In this document: positions 47,491 through 61,328 of the stretch, in pieces
Layout: every line of letters starts with the position of its first letter
How positions within the stretch are numbered: the first letter of the stretch is position 1
Source of the DNA: Felis catus
Taxonomy: Eukaryota
Assembly: GCF_018350175.1 (NCBI RefSeq)
Contig: NC_058373.1
Span: forward strand, 104,968,001 to 105,032,000
DNA: 64,000 nt
Direction: 5' to 3'
Notes under the pieces: generated by a model
Seen by the model: the letters and a program-made list of their open reading frames with translations, nothing else
What the model was told of the DNA's origin: nothing
Databases searched by the model: none
Translations under genes and position numbers: made by a program

Positions 47491-48891
47491 ACAATGTTAT
47501 CCTGATGTAAATATTGTCCATATGCACCGATCCCCATGATAATAAGCAACCCTATCAGAATATACTTTGAGAACTATATGTATAGCCTAAATGCTGTACT
47601 TGAAGGTAAGAATTATCACAGAATGAACACATGTCCCAAGAATGGATTCAATCTTGTATTTTTATTTCTTCTTTTAAAAACTTTTACTTTTTTAATATGC
47701 AAAAGTAGACAAAGCAATGTTCAAAAGAAACCCAACTAGCCATTACGCAGGCCCCCAAACCTCCGACCCAAGGCCTATCTGCCCCATCCATAAATTAAAT
47801 CTGCCCCTCCTCATATTATTTGGTAGCAAATCTCAAGCATCATATAATTTTTCATCATGCAACTCTATCAGAGAAGTCTTTAGTTAATAACGTAACTACA
47901 ATACCACGATCACATCTAAAACATTTTAACAACGATTGCTTAATATAAAAGTTCCAGTCATTGTTCCTGTGACTTGTTTATAACTTCAAGCAATAAGCCC
48001 AGATGGCAAAACAACCTCTGTCAGATAAGGACTTGGAGAAGAGGGGCTCCATGCGTGTCCTGATAGGACACACACGGCAGTGTTTCTTCTCCTTGCCAAG
48101 TGATCCCGTCAGGCTGGGGTTTAAGGAACTGAAGGAAATTCAAAAATAAGCTCAGAAAACGTATGCCATATGGACGTTAAAGGATTACTCTCCCCCTTTG
48201 GTTATGAAATGACTAACTATTTTCAGCTAAAATGTGTGGGATCTGTTTCAAAAAATGGAATAGCTTTCCCTCACCGAGCATATTGATTAGAGACATAATC
48301 TAGACTGTCTGGGAATAGTTTCTCTGTAGCTGAACAAATCACACCCTTCAATGCGCTGTTTAATTTTAGATGCATCTTGTCACATTTATTTAAATGTTTT
48401 GGCTCTGGATTTTTTTTCCCTTTCCGTGTGCCTGATGTCCGCATTTATAATTTAGCTGTCATCTTTCTCAAAAGGCAGTGTGGGGCGACAGAAAAAGCAA
48501 TCCCAGGTTTCATCACATACAAGTGGTATGAACGTATACAAGTTACTTACCCTCTCTGAGCAAGAATTATTTTTCATTTGGTGACTAATGAGGATTTGTG
48601 AGGATCGAATGAGATAATGGATATAGCACTGCGCCTGCATGTACTAGATAATCAAAAAATCAAAGCTATTGTTAATAAAAGAGGCATTTTCTATAATAAA
48701 AACATGTAATTTATCAAAAGTTCCTCCCAAATAGTTTTTTTCATTAGCATTTATTATATCTTACCGATTTCTCAACAAAACCATAAGCTATTATGCATGG
48801 ATCAGTTATTTAAGGAATAATGTTCCTTCCATCACTGCCCTGAATGTAAACAAATACTTAGAGTAACATAACTGTAACAAATAGACACTCT

Positions 48892-49108
48892 TTTTTTAAA
48901 ATTTTTATTTATATTATTTTTGAGAGAGAGAGACCCAGAGCACTAGCAGGGGAGGGGTAGACAGAGAGGGAGACACAAAATCAGAAGCAGGCTCCTGCTG
49001 TCTGTGCTGACAGCTCAGAGCCTGACACGGGGCTCAAACTCACAAACCATGAGATCATGAGCTGAGCTGAAGTCAGACGCTTAACCAACTGAGCCACCCA
49101 GGCACCCC
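48892..49108 (-). mobile_element. CAN-SINE
   Basis: TSD ACAAATAGACACTCTT. Confidence 0.92.
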
Positions 49109-50109
49109 ACAAATAGACACTCTTAATTAAGTCATTCTACTGTGAACCTATTTTTTAAAAATCAGGTCTATATCCAACCATTCTATGTACTCTATCTTTT
49201 CAGAATAAAATATCAAACTTTCTGTTTGAAACTAATAGAAAAAAATAATGAGAAAACAACAACAAAAACTTCATTCTCTCATTTTAGCAATAATACAAAC
49301 AAATCCAAGTCAGTAGGCTCTATTCCAAACCTGACTCTGGCCTGAGGTAAGAATATGGGGAAACCAGAAAACTTCCATTTCTATTCTTTCATTTGTAGGC
49401 ACGGCATGAAATAATTTATAATAGAATATTAATAAAATAGGATGCTAGTTCAGCAAACAAACGTATTTATGGCTCAATGTATGGTTTATTAAAATATTTA
49501 TTAAATATTTTAGTCAATATTCTCTGCCTTTACAAGTAAGTTTAAATATTCTGTGAGTAATGGATTCTGTGACTGATAGTTCAAGATCTTGCCATACCTT
49601 ACAGTTAGCAATAAATTTTCATTATGTAGTTCTACAAGAATGAAGAGTGTGATAAATCAGCCCAGATACGTCCTGACCTTAACACAGTTTCTGGTTCTAC
49701 TCTCTAGTGAATTACTTCTCTTTCCTCAAAGGGGACACACCACCGTAATTCCAGCTCATTGTGAGCTCTGGCTCATTTTTTGAAGTTTTATTACAACGTG
49801 TCATGAGTATTCATGAAATGTGTCATGAAATATTCTTTGAGAGGTCAGATTCAAGAGCACTATTGTGGTCAATCACGCAGATGGGCAGCTACATACAAAG
49901 TCTAAAGCAATTTCCCACTTGCCTTGCCAACTGGCTACAAGGCAAGATGGGAGGCAGTGTAGCCGTAGCCGGCCATCTTTCTATGCCATTGTCATTCATT
50001 CAAAAAACTACCAAAGCCTATTCCATACTCAGTTCCAGGTAGGTTCTGGTCTACAAAATCTCTGCTCTCAGGGTGAAGGCACAGTAAATAAGAGATTACA
50101 GTAATCAAT

Positions 50110-50720
50110 GTTAGTTACTCATTAATAATGTATACAGAACCTACAATACTCCAGATGCTCTGTTAGGCACGAGGGAGACAACAGCAAGCTAAATAGGCAA
50201 AAATATTTTAGTGTTCTGTGATGTGCACAGGATGTCATGGAGGCCCAGATAAAGATCTAAATACACTGACAGACCAGAGGTCAGGCTTTTCAGAGGAGGT
50301 GATACTTCAGCAAAGTTTGGAGAGACAAAGAACAAAGATGTTAGATAGAGAAGGCATTCTCAGCACAACATGGGAGGTGTGAAGCAGCAGGATATATTTG
50401 GGAAACTACTGGTAGGTTATTATAGCTACTGCTTTATCTTAAAACTCCAGAATATCACTGAAAGATTTGAAGCAAAGAGTGTTAATGATTGCATTTGCAT
50501 TTTAGAATGCTTATTCAGCCTGCAGTACAGACAATGAACTGTGGAGGGGACAGAGAGACCAATTAAGCAGGTATTGTTATAATCCTGATTGCAAAATAGG
50601 AAGGGAATAGATAAGGTTTACCATACTATAGAACTTTGCAATTGATTGGGATAGGAAAAGATTGAATGAGAGGGGGCTAGAAAACTTCCAGATCTCTAGC
50701 TCTAAAGGCAACAGCTTGAG
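50110..50720 (-). mobile_element. L2 fragment
   Basis: CTCTGTTAGGCAC, GGTCAGGCTTTTCAGAGGAGGTGATACTT, ATTTGCATTTTAGAA motifs. Confidence 0.6.
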
Positions 50721-50859
50721 TCATTGGTACTAATGAAAACTCTTCTTTGACTAAACGTTGAAGAGCTTTTATGGTGCATTCAAGAAGCCTAAGATTGGGT
50801 CACCTTCCCAGCCACTCTGGACCCAACATGGGTCTCTGAGTTAAAGAAGGTGAGTTATT

Positions 50860-51090
50860 CCTGGGTGGCTCAGTCGGTTAAGCCTGACTTGGGCTCAGGT
50901 TATGATCTCACTGTTTGTGGGTTCAGGCTCCCTCCGGGGCTCTGTGCTGACAGCTCAGAGCCTCAAGCCTGCTTTGGATTCCATGTTTCCCTCTCTCTGT
51001 GGCCCTTCCGCAGTTGTGCTATTTGTTGTTTTTTTTTCCTCTGTCTCTGTCTCTCAAAAATAAATAAACATTAAAAAAAAATTTTTTTTA
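50860..51090 (+). mobile_element. CAN-SINE
   Basis: CCTGGGTGGCTCAGTCGGTTAAG head; A tail. Confidence 0.87.
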
Positions 51091-51487
51091 AAGAAGACAA
51101 GTTATCCCTGAAACAGTAAGTAATTGTTAACTTTGAGGAGGATTTTGACGACTAAGAATGAACAGTTTTCAATATAGGTTTAAGGATTAGTTATTATCTT
51201 CATTTTGGGGATATAACCTGCAGAAGGAATTGAAAAGTAAAGCTCCCTTATGAGATCTGCAATTCTGATTAAGTCTTGTATATTAGAAAAAAACTAATTT
51301 GGAGGGACTTCTGTAACTGGAACTATAAAGAACTTCTGACCACGTAACTTTAGTTCATTAGATCAGATATTAAATATTTTTCTAACAGTGTCTGAAAAAA
51401 ACAGCTCTAAATTGTGATCAATGCTTTATCGCAATTTTATTGTTACTAAATATAAAATTTGGTCTTCTCCCATACGGGGAACATTTT

Positions 51488-51550
51488 AATTAGCAATAAT
51501 CGCGCCTCGGATAAACCTCATTGGCTACGATACTGCCACTGCGCAAAGCT
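51488..51550 (-). pseudogene. RNU4: 3'-truncated (tailless) U4 snRNA retropseudogene, U4 nt 1-63
   Basis: Minus strand reads AGCTTTGCGCAGTGGCAGTATCGTAGCCAATGAGGTTTATCCGAGGCGCGATTATTGCTAATT, matching the recalled U4 5' end. Flanked by direct repeat GGGGAACATTTT (51476-51487; 51552-51563); lacks the Sm site and 3' stem-loops. Confidence 0.93.
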
Positions 51551-51718
51551 AGGGGAACATTTTAAAGGTAATTTGTTGCATATATATTATTATCACCTAG
51601 TTAATGGTCATCATTTCTCTCATGGACTCTTGGAATAGCTTGCAAATTGGTTTCTCACCACAAATGTCAATCCCCTCCATTTCACTCTGGTCTATCCCAT
51701 TTTAAAGATTTTTCTTTT

Positions 51719-51905
51719 GGGGGGCCACTGGGTGGCTCAGTCGTTAAGCATTTGACTTCAGCTCGGGTCATGATCTCACGGTTCATGAGTTTGAGTCCCA
51801 CATCAGGTGAGCTTGAGCCCCACTTCTCCCCTTCTCTCTCCCTCTGACCCTCCTGAGACTCCCTGCCCCTCACACACTTGCGCCCTCTCTCTTTCTCAAA
51901 AAGAG

Positions 51906-51964
<59 letters not shown>

Positions 51965-52443
51965 AAACCCAAGATTTTATTTTTTTTATTTTTCTAAGTA
52001 ATCTCAACAGTCAATGTGGGGCTCAAATTTACAACCCCAAGATCAAGAGTCACATGTTCTAGAGACTGAGCCAGCCATGTGCCCCAGTCTACCCCACTTT
52101 AAAAGAAGTGAACACTTGGGTGTTCACTCACAGCATGGAGCCTGCTTGGGGTTCTCTACCTCCCTCTCTCTCTCTCTGCCCCTCCCCCACTCACATGCGC
52201 TCTCTCGAAATAACTAAACTTTAAAAAAAAATAAAGACGGGGTGCCTAGATGGCTCAGTCAGTTAAGCGCCCAACTTTGACTCGGGTTGTGATCTCACAG
52301 TTCGGTTTGTGAGTTTGAGTCCCACGTAGGGCTTTGTGCTCACAGTCCGGAAACTGCTTCAGATCCTGTCTCCCTCTCTCTCTGCCCTTTCCCTGTGTTC
52401 TCTCTTTCTCTCAAAAATAAACATTAAAAAAAATAATAAAAAT
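51719..52443. mobile_element. Cluster of four CAN-SINEs (51719-51966 plus, with GAAA tail; 51972-52085 minus, short; about 52113-52235 plus, partial; 52239-52443 plus)
   Basis: SINEC heads and tails; overlapping TSDs. Confidence 0.85.
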
Positions 52444-52451
52444 AAAAGAAG

Positions 52452-53075
52452 TTGGGAATGCAAGCTGGTGCAGCCACTCTGGAAAACAGTATGAAGGTTC
52501 CTCAAAAAACTAAAAATAGAACTACCCTACAACCCAGCAATTGCACTACTAGGTATTTATCCAAGGGATACAGGTGTGCTGTTTTGAAGGGACACATGCA
52601 CCCCAATGTTTATAGCAACACTATCAACAATAGCCAAAGTATGGAAAGAGCCCAAATGTCCATCGATGGATGGATGGATAAACAATGGAGTATTACTCGG
52701 CAATCAAAAAGAATGAAATCTTGCCATTTGCAACTACATGGATGGAACTGGAGGGTATTATGCTAAATGAAATTAGTCAGTCAGAGAAAGACAAATATTA
52801 TATGACTTCACTCATATGAGGACTTTAAGAGACAAAACAGATGAACATAAGGGAAGAGAAACAAAAATAATATAAAAACAAGGAGGGGACAAAACGTAAG
52901 AGACTCAGAAATATGGAGAACAAACTGAGGGTTACTGGAGGGGTTGTGGGAGGGGAGATGGGCTAAATGGATAAGGGGCACTAAGGAATCAACTCCTAAA
53001 ATCATTGTTGCACTATATGTTAACTAATTTGGATGTAAATTTAAAAAAATTTAAATTAAAAAAATAAATAAAAAT
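52452..53075 (+). mobile_element. 5'-truncated feline/carnivore L1 (ORF2 end plus 3'UTR)
   Basis: GGGAATGCAAGCTGGTGCAGCCACTCTGGAAAACAGTATG ... GAAATCTTGCCATTTGCAAC ... A-rich tail. Confidence 0.9.
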
Positions 53076-54724
53076 AGAAGTGAATGCAAAGTGATCAAAT
53101 TGAACACAAATATGACATCGTCTTTCCCTTGCTTAACATATTTTGAATGGTGACTAATAACTATAGCATAAAGTCCAAAGTCCCTAGTATATCAGTAAGG
53201 GGCTTAATGATTTAGACCCACCACCCAATTGGCAATTTTGCCAATTGACACCTACCCCTCTAGCCTTACCAAATTTCTTACAAACTCTTGCCACATGCAG
53301 TTGTCTCAATCTGGAATGCCCTTTCTGTAGGTCAATTGGAACACTGCCACTAGGCTTCTAAAGTTCATCTATTGTGTCCCACCTCCCATGGAAAAATTTC
53401 AAGTTGTTCCCTGGTCTCTGCCTTTAAAGCACCATGTTCATCCAAGCATTAACTTTTATCAAACGTTTTAAAAGTTTGCTTATTTGTCTGTAAATGTGAC
53501 TAGAAATATTGTTTTATATTTGTACTTCCAGTGCCTAACAGAGCATCAGCTTGAATTCAAGAATGGATGAATGGATACCTCCCTGAAGCTGCTGCAACTA
53601 TTCTGTAGGCAATTGATTGGTTCCCTTCCTCCCTCCTCCTTTAATACTGTCTATATATTTCCAGAATAGTATTTATTACCTTATATGTCCATCTCTCCAA
53701 TATAGTCTGTGAGTAGACCATTCTTTCCTATTGTTTTAGTTTCTGGTTCTAGCATATAATATGCCCTGAAAAACTTGAAAGCATGCTTCTCAAACTTGTG
53801 AGTGGTACTATATTTTGTAGGTCAAATGCCAGAGTTTTGATTCAAAAAGACCTGGGTTTTTGTTTTTTCACGATATGGAAAGGCTGGAAAGATGGACCCA
53901 AACAAGCCAAATCAAATTTGACAGAAAGAGGTATAAATCTCCAAGTTTTGGTACACGTTAGGTTTTTATTTGCAAGGTTGGAGAGAACTGAATCAACAGT
54001 ATGATGTGACTGAAAATAAAACACAGACACGCACTCTATGAATTAATAAAGCACAGAAGCTGGAGCAAGAGAGTTGTGCCTTGTCATACTATGAACTCTT
54101 CAGATGTAACTTGGGTGTTGTATAACTTATGGGCCACATTAACAAAATAGGAAAATTCCAGAAGTGGGTACATGGGCTCATGGGTGGCCTGAAAACTGCA
54201 AAAATAGGAATAGTTAGAAGAATAGGAATGCCTGGCTTGGGAAAAGGGAGCAGGGAGAGCAGGGGAGACAGACTATGGAGTATTAGCTCAAGGGTTGCAG
54301 ATTCCATTCAACCTACTTTCGATTATTAGGCCTGTATATCTTCCTCATTTTGCAAATGAGGAAATTTGTAAAGTTTAATGGAGTTACCTGAAATCACTCA
54401 GCTAATAGAGCTCGGGCTCAACTCTGATCCATTATATCGAGCTGCTGGAAGAGTTGGGCTTCCTTAAATGTTTATCCTTATAGCATTTTCCTTTTATTTA
54501 AACCCCTAGTTGTATTACCAAATGCATTTTCAGTACATTGTAGATTGAAACTAGTCATCACTGGAAACATTTGGGGAGAAAACTCTCATCACAGACGGAT
54601 AGGAGAGTCTTGCATTTGGTTGGAGTTTAGACTTGAAACCCTCCTAGGTTATTTCATATACTAAGGTTTCAAAATTCTGTGATATAACATACATATTTGA
54701 GTTAATGCATAACTACTTTATAAT

Positions 54725-54882
54725 TAAGCAGTGCAGTTTGAGCTCTGGAGTCTGAGTTTGAATTCCTGCTCTGCCACTTACCAGCTAAGAGGTCTTGGGC
54801 ACATTTTTAACCTCTCTTGTCCTCAGTATCCTCATTTGTAAAAGGGAGAAGTAATATTTAACTCATAAAGTTATTGTGAGGG
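54725..54882 (+). mobile_element. MIR
   Basis: GAGTTTGAATTCCTGCTCTGCCACTTACCAGCT...CCTCAGTATCCTCATTTGTAAAAGGG. Confidence 0.8.
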
Positions 54883-55019
54883 CAAAGACCTAGCAAACAG
54901 AAGTCAACAAACATGAGTCTAGCTGTATGTATGGGAATGAAAGAGATTGTCAAAGGAGAGGGTATAAAGTAAGAAGGGCTCTCAGGGCAGAACCATGGAG
55001 AACACCAATATTTAGCTGG

Positions 55020-55508
55020 TGTGCTGGGTTGAAAAGTATTCCCCCACAAACTCTTGTCCACTGGAAACCTTATTTGGAATTAGGATCTTTGCAGATATAA
55101 CCAAGTTAAATTGGGTTAGGATTAGCACCCTAATCCAATGACTGGTATTCCCATAAGAGGGAAATCTGGACACAGAGAGATGCACAGGAGGAAAATGATA
55201 AGAAAACATGGGGAAGAGACTGTTACATGGAGACCGTAGACACAGGGAAGAAGGCCAGGTGGCCACAGGGACAGATTGGTGTGATACATCTATTAAGCAA
55301 GAAACACCAAGGACTAAGGGCAACCACCAGAAGCTAGAAAGAGGCAAGGAAGGATCCTCCCCAAGAGCCTTCAGAGAGAGCATGACCTTGCCAACACTTT
55401 CAGTTAAGATTTCTAGCTCCCAGAACTGTGAGAATAAGTTTCTCCTGGGTGGACAAATTCCACCCAGCTTGTCCTACTTTGTTATAACATCCCTAGGAAA
55501 CTAACACA
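55020..55508 (+). mobile_element. MLT1C-like MaLR solo LTR
   Basis: TGTG...AACTAACACA ends; CACCAGAAGCTAGAAAGAGGCAAGGAAGGATCCTCCCC motif; 5-bp TSD GCTGG/GTTGG. Confidence 0.85.
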
Positions 55509-56266
55509 GTTGGTGAACAGTCACGGACAACACAGGATGGGTGAGAACACTTCATAGTTTCAAAACTGTTTCATAAATATATCTCAACCGATCTTCACAA
55601 ATACCTTGTGAAGTAGCAGTAAAGTTTGTAGATAAGAAAATAGATAATCATAAATATTAGGAACTCGATAGAAGGTGGCAGAAGAAACAGAATTTCAACC
55701 CGAGTAAAAGGTCCTCTTCACTGTGACCCTGTGAAGCAAAATGCTTCATCCTTTCCCAGTCTTTTTGAAGCTTCCTTCCCTAGCACAATTCCAACTTCAA
55801 CCTCTGACCTCTGGCAATGTGCTTTCAGGAAGATCACTGATCAGTGAATTCTACACGAATTACATTGTCTAACTTTTTGCATTGTACAGCCTTAACCCTT
55901 ACTATGGAAAGACCTTATCCTTTATCCACACAGGTAAGGAAGACATACTGGGGATGAACGGGTCATTCCTCTTCCTATGGTTCAGAGACAAGGCAGCAAC
56001 CTACCCCACTAACTCCCGTTTCCATGGGCAATTTCAGCAGGAAAAAAAAGTAGAGCTGTGAAACGATAAAGTTGTAAACACTCCATATTATATAATTCCA
56101 ATTGTGTGCCCGTCCTGGCACAGATTTACTAACTTTCCTCGGATTACACAGCTAGCTCCTCAGTTTCTGAGTAAACAGAAACCCTCGGTTCAATGTTCCT
56201 GCCATTAAACCACCCTGTCGGTTCCTGCATAGAGATTCCTTGACACTACTTCCCTGGTTTGTTTGG

Positions 56267-56304
<38 letters not shown>
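56267..56304. repeat. (GTT)n microsatellite
   Basis: Perfect trinucleotide run. Confidence 0.95.
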
Positions 56305-56305
<1 letters not shown>

Positions 56306-56549
56306 TGGATTACAACGACAACTTTCAGCGGAATGACCACCCCAGGGGAAAAAAAAAAACTTTTTAAAGTTATTTAATCTCTTTGAGCTTCAGTTCGTAC
56401 AGGTAAAAAGATAACACTTATTCACATTATTTCCTGAGAAGCATAAACGATAGGTAAAACATCTGGCACAGCAAATTTTGCCCCAAGACAGCACAAATCA
56501 AGGTCTGGGGTTTTTTGTGTGTGTGTTCAATGACCCCCACCTGGAGACC

Positions 56550-57250
<701 letters not shown>

Positions 57251-57565
57251 TGTCTTCCATGCAGGGGATGACAGCGATGACTTAGACCCTTATCCTGGTC
57301 TTGTTTGCTTGGGAAGGTAGCAACCGAACTAACGTAGACATAATTTATTGAGTGGAGCGGCTGTTGGTACTGGAAATTCGAGTACAAGACAGAGCCATTG
57401 CTCCCCAAGAGTAGGAAGTCAAATGAGAGAAACTGCACACATAAACAAAGAGGTGAAGCCCTATAGGTAAGACTCGAGATCCTTTGTTGCACCGCCCCCC
57501 CTCCGCCCCAAAATCTTAGATTAGGAAATTTGACGTTTTAAAAGGCAACTTGTAAACACTAGAGT

Positions 57566-57711
57566 ATTGGTTTTCAATCTTTTGGATGGCATAGATCCCT
57601 TTGACGACCGAAAGAAAACCACAGATGCACAAACCTTAAAATATTTGCACAGGGTTTCAGGGTTTGGCGAGCCATCACAGTGGTCCTTGGACTTCAGGTT
57701 GAGAGCCCTTG
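57566..57711 (-). mobile_element. hAT-Charlie (Charlie4z-like) remnant
   Basis: Imperfect TIRs (TTGGTTTTCAATC / GGTTGAGAGCCCT), CTAG-containing flanks. Confidence 0.45.
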
Positions 57712-58075
57712 TACTAGGTTCAAGAGAGAGGAAAGGAACAGCCAGAATTGCCTCATATAGGTATTTGAAATAGAAACATCTGAAAATCTTTATATATATC
57801 TGAACATTGCCTAATATATAGTAGGTGCTTAATAATTAGTTGTTGAGTAAAGGGTCAAAACCACCTATTTAAGAATTAGACTTCAGGTGCTTCAGAATTG
57901 GATTAAACATAGTTCTTGATCCATGACATTCTCTTAGTGTTCAATGCAAAATCTTCCCTTATTTATGTTTTCTTATTTTAAAGGCTTATTTTAATACCAT
58001 AATAAGTACCTTGAGACTGACAAAGATAATTACTCTGGCTATGAGGAAATGAGAAGCAAAAAGCTACTATACAGA

Positions 58076-58293
58076 GGGGCGCCTGGGTGGCGCGGTCGGT
58101 TAAGCGTCCGACTTCAGCCAGGTCACGATCTCGCGGTCCGTGAGTTCAAGCCCCGCGTCGGGCTCTGGGCTGATGGCTCAGAGCCTGGAGCCTGTTTCCG
58201 ATTCTGTGTCTCCCTCTCTCTCTGCTCCTCCCCCGTTCATGCTCTGTCTCTCTCTGTCCCAAAAATAAATAAATGTTGAAAAAATTAAAAAAA
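58076..58293 (+). mobile_element. Young feline SINEC_Fc-type SINE in ACTR10 intron 1
   Basis: TTCAGCCAGGTCACGATCTCGCGG head; TSD AAAAAGCTACTATACAG. Confidence 0.93.
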
Positions 58294-58662
58294 AAAAAGC
58301 TACTATACAGGAAGGTGATTATTGACAAAGACAACAGGAGGGTGATAAGATGAATTTATGAAGTAAAAGAAAGGAATTGAAATCAACCAGTGGGTTGTTG
58401 CATCCTGGGGAATTTGAGAACTGGTGTAAGTAAACATGATGTGAGTAGTAGAAGATAGAACTATTTGGGGATAAGAGAGCAGTACTGAAAACTAGACAGG
58501 ACAGGAGGAGATAATGTTAAAACTAAACTTACATGGTGATCATTTTTAGGAGCATTTTTTGGAAAGTTTTGTTGTACTAACATGAAACATACATGGAAAT
58601 ACCTAAATACTCAGGGGAATCCTTTTTGGGTTTTTTTGTTTGTTTTTATAAAGGATGAATTA

Positions 58663-58872
58663 GGGGGCACCTGGGTGGCTCAATCCATTAAGCGTCCGAC
58701 TTCAGCTCAGGTCATGATCTCACAGTTCGTGGGTTTGAGTCCTGCGTCAGTCTCTGTGCTGACAGCTCAGAGCCTGGAGCCTGCTTTGGATTCTGTGTCT
58801 CCCTTTCTCTCTGCCCTCCTCTGCTCGTGTTCTTTCTCTCAAAAATAAATAAACATTATAAATAAGTAAATA
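58663..58872 (+). mobile_element. CAN-SINE
   Basis: SINEC head and tail. Confidence 0.9.
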
Positions 58873-59179
58873 ATAAAAGGATTGAATATACATAACAGTG
58901 AAGACTATAATAATATGGGCAGAAGCTTATTGTGTGAGTTCATGATGTGTGAACAGCGTGATTATGGCAAATATGCATAGTGTAAAAAAAAAAAAGACCA
59001 AAAGCAAACACATCAATATGGAAGCTAATAATATTAGAATGATGGAATTATGTGTAACTCATAATTATAACCCTGGATTTCTACCACATTATGGAATTTC
59101 ATTATGTGAAATAAAATCCCATAATGTAGTAGAAATCGAGGGTTATAGAGATATGCTCCCTGAAACTAAGGTAAAATTT

Positions 59180-59346
59180 ATTTTTTGAAAAAAGTTTATT
59201 TATTTTGAGAGAGCAGGGGAGGGGCAGAGACAAGGAGAGAGAGAGAATCCTGAACAGGTTCCACGCTGTGAACACAAACTGTGAAATCATAATCTGAGCT
59301 GAAATCATGAGTTGGATGCCTAACTGACTGAACCACCTAGGCACCC
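59180..59346 (-). mobile_element. CAN-SINE (deleted)
   Basis: TSD AGGTAAAATTTA. Confidence 0.85.
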
Positions 59347-59609
59347 TAGGTAAAATTTAAAACTAAAAAAAAAGTACATGCTGATCTGAAATTCTGAAAT
59401 AGTATACTGGTTTACAATATCACTAATTTGAAACAATTTTTTTTTTACCTATAATACACAATAATGGATTGGATGGTATTTCTTTTTAGTTTCTTTGCCC
59501 CTTTGAATACATCAGAGATGTTTTCATATGTTTTTTGTGACCGCTGCTTTGAAACAAAGGTAGAAAAACTTGCTTCTGTGACAAATACACAGAAAGTGTT
59601 ATAAGTTGA

Positions 59610-59726
<117 letters not shown>

Positions 59727-59752
59727 TAGCAAAACAAATGCTGTACTGTAAA

Positions 59753-59987
59753 CTTTTTTTTAAATGTTTATTTACTTATTTTGAGAGAGGTAGTGAGAGA
59801 GCACGCACACATGAGCAGGGGAGGGACAGAGAGAGAGGGAGAGTAAGAATCCCAAAATCCCAAACAGGTTCTTGCCCGTAAGCGCGGAGCCCAATGCGGG
59901 CTCGATCTCACAATCATGAGATCATGACCTGAGTCAAAATCAAGAGTTGAATGCTTAACCAAACTGACTGAGCCACCCACGTGCCCC
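59753..59987 (-). mobile_element. CAN-SINE
   Basis: Reverse SINEC; TSD CTGTAAA. Confidence 0.88.
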
Positions 59988-61122
59988 TGTAAAGTATTTT
60001 TTATGTGACTTCAAGTAAGTTTGATTAGAACAGTGCTAAATATATAACTTATGACTGTATTCCAAGAAAAATTTTTTACATCATTATTTCATTTTAAAAG
60101 TTTCCTGCCAAAGCTAATTTGACAGATTAGGACTTATAGAACAATAGGAAGAATAATTTTTCGTGCCATAGAATTCACCTATTAAAATCAAATACAGATG
60201 CTCCTGCCTTAACTTAATATTTGCATTCCTGAAGAACTTCCCTTTGATCACAAATGGGAAAAGTAGGGCTGAGGGAGACCATATAAAACCCATGTAACTT
60301 TGCAAAATAATAATTGATCCCTCAGGAAAAAATTGGAATAGCTTTGGCTTGCAACTGAGAGTGACTGGAGGCTTTCTCGGAGATAGTAAAAATGAAATGA
60401 AATGATGGATTGAGAACTTTGGTCAGTGGGTGTTGAGATTGGGCAGATGATAGGGTGTGGGGCCAATGGGGCTATTTATTGTTAAGGTGGAACCAAGAGG
60501 AAATGCAGCCCAGTGAAGAGTCATGAAAGGGTCTGCTTTGGAAAAGGAGCCTCTGGTACAGAAAATCATTTAAGCTTTTGAAAAATAGATCTGAAAGGAT
60601 GCCTACCTGTTTGGTTACTGAGTTGATGATTCTCTTTCTTGATGAGAGTTATAACTGTTATAATTTTAGCTCCTCTTGCCTTACATGAACTAATAACGAA
60701 CATAATACAAATTACATGTTATGCAGACATTATTCCCTTATTTAACAATGGGATATGATCATATTTGGTTTTATAAAACACATGTTGTAGCAGAATAGAT
60801 TAGTACGTCAATTTATATTTGGCATGGGGATGATCATTAAGATCAACACAAAATATGTTGATTCAGAAAGCTTTTTAATTATGCTTGATTAGGGAATCAT
60901 TTTATTGATTGCAAAATTTTCTGCAAATCCTTGGGTAAGCGTTAATGTAATAGATATATGTGGTGTGGTATTCAAAATGTGATAGAAGTTCCTGTCTATT
61001 CACTTTTTATGTTATTTTGCTTTGTAATACTTGATTTTAATGTGATACTTGATAAATTACTAGATAGATTCCTGACTAAGAACTTTAACATTCTCATTGA
61101 CACTTTTCTTAGTGCTTTCAGC

Positions 61123-61328
61123 TTTTTTTTTTTTATTATTGTTTATTTAGAGAGAGAGGGAGAGAGAGAGAGCACAAGCAGGGAAGGAGTAGAGAGAGGG
61201 GGAACAGAGGATCTGAAGCAGGCTCTGCACTGACAACAGCGAGCCTGAAGTGGGGCTCAGACTCACAAACGGTAACACGACCTGAGCCCAAGTCGGACAC
61301 TCAACCGACAGAGCCACCCAGGCGCCCC
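61123..61328 (-). mobile_element. CAN-SINE
   Basis: Reverse SINEC; TSD CTTTCAGCTTTT. Confidence 0.9.

Noticed and set aside
46860..47580. Possible ancient Tc1/pogo-type DNA transposon remnant (GATGATGCTATTTGGGAGGAC)
   Set aside because: Only a short motif resemblance; no TIRs or convincing ORF identified by eye
53226..53247. Palindrome CAATTGGCAA-TT-TTGCCAATTG resembling an NFI site
   Set aside because: Half-site spacing is 6 nt rather than the canonical 5, and it lies in decayed L2-like DNA; likely a local template-switch product
56018..56032. X-box-like GTTTCCATGGGCAAT upstream of ACTR10
   Set aside because: Imperfect 3' half-site and longer spacer; too weak to call without data
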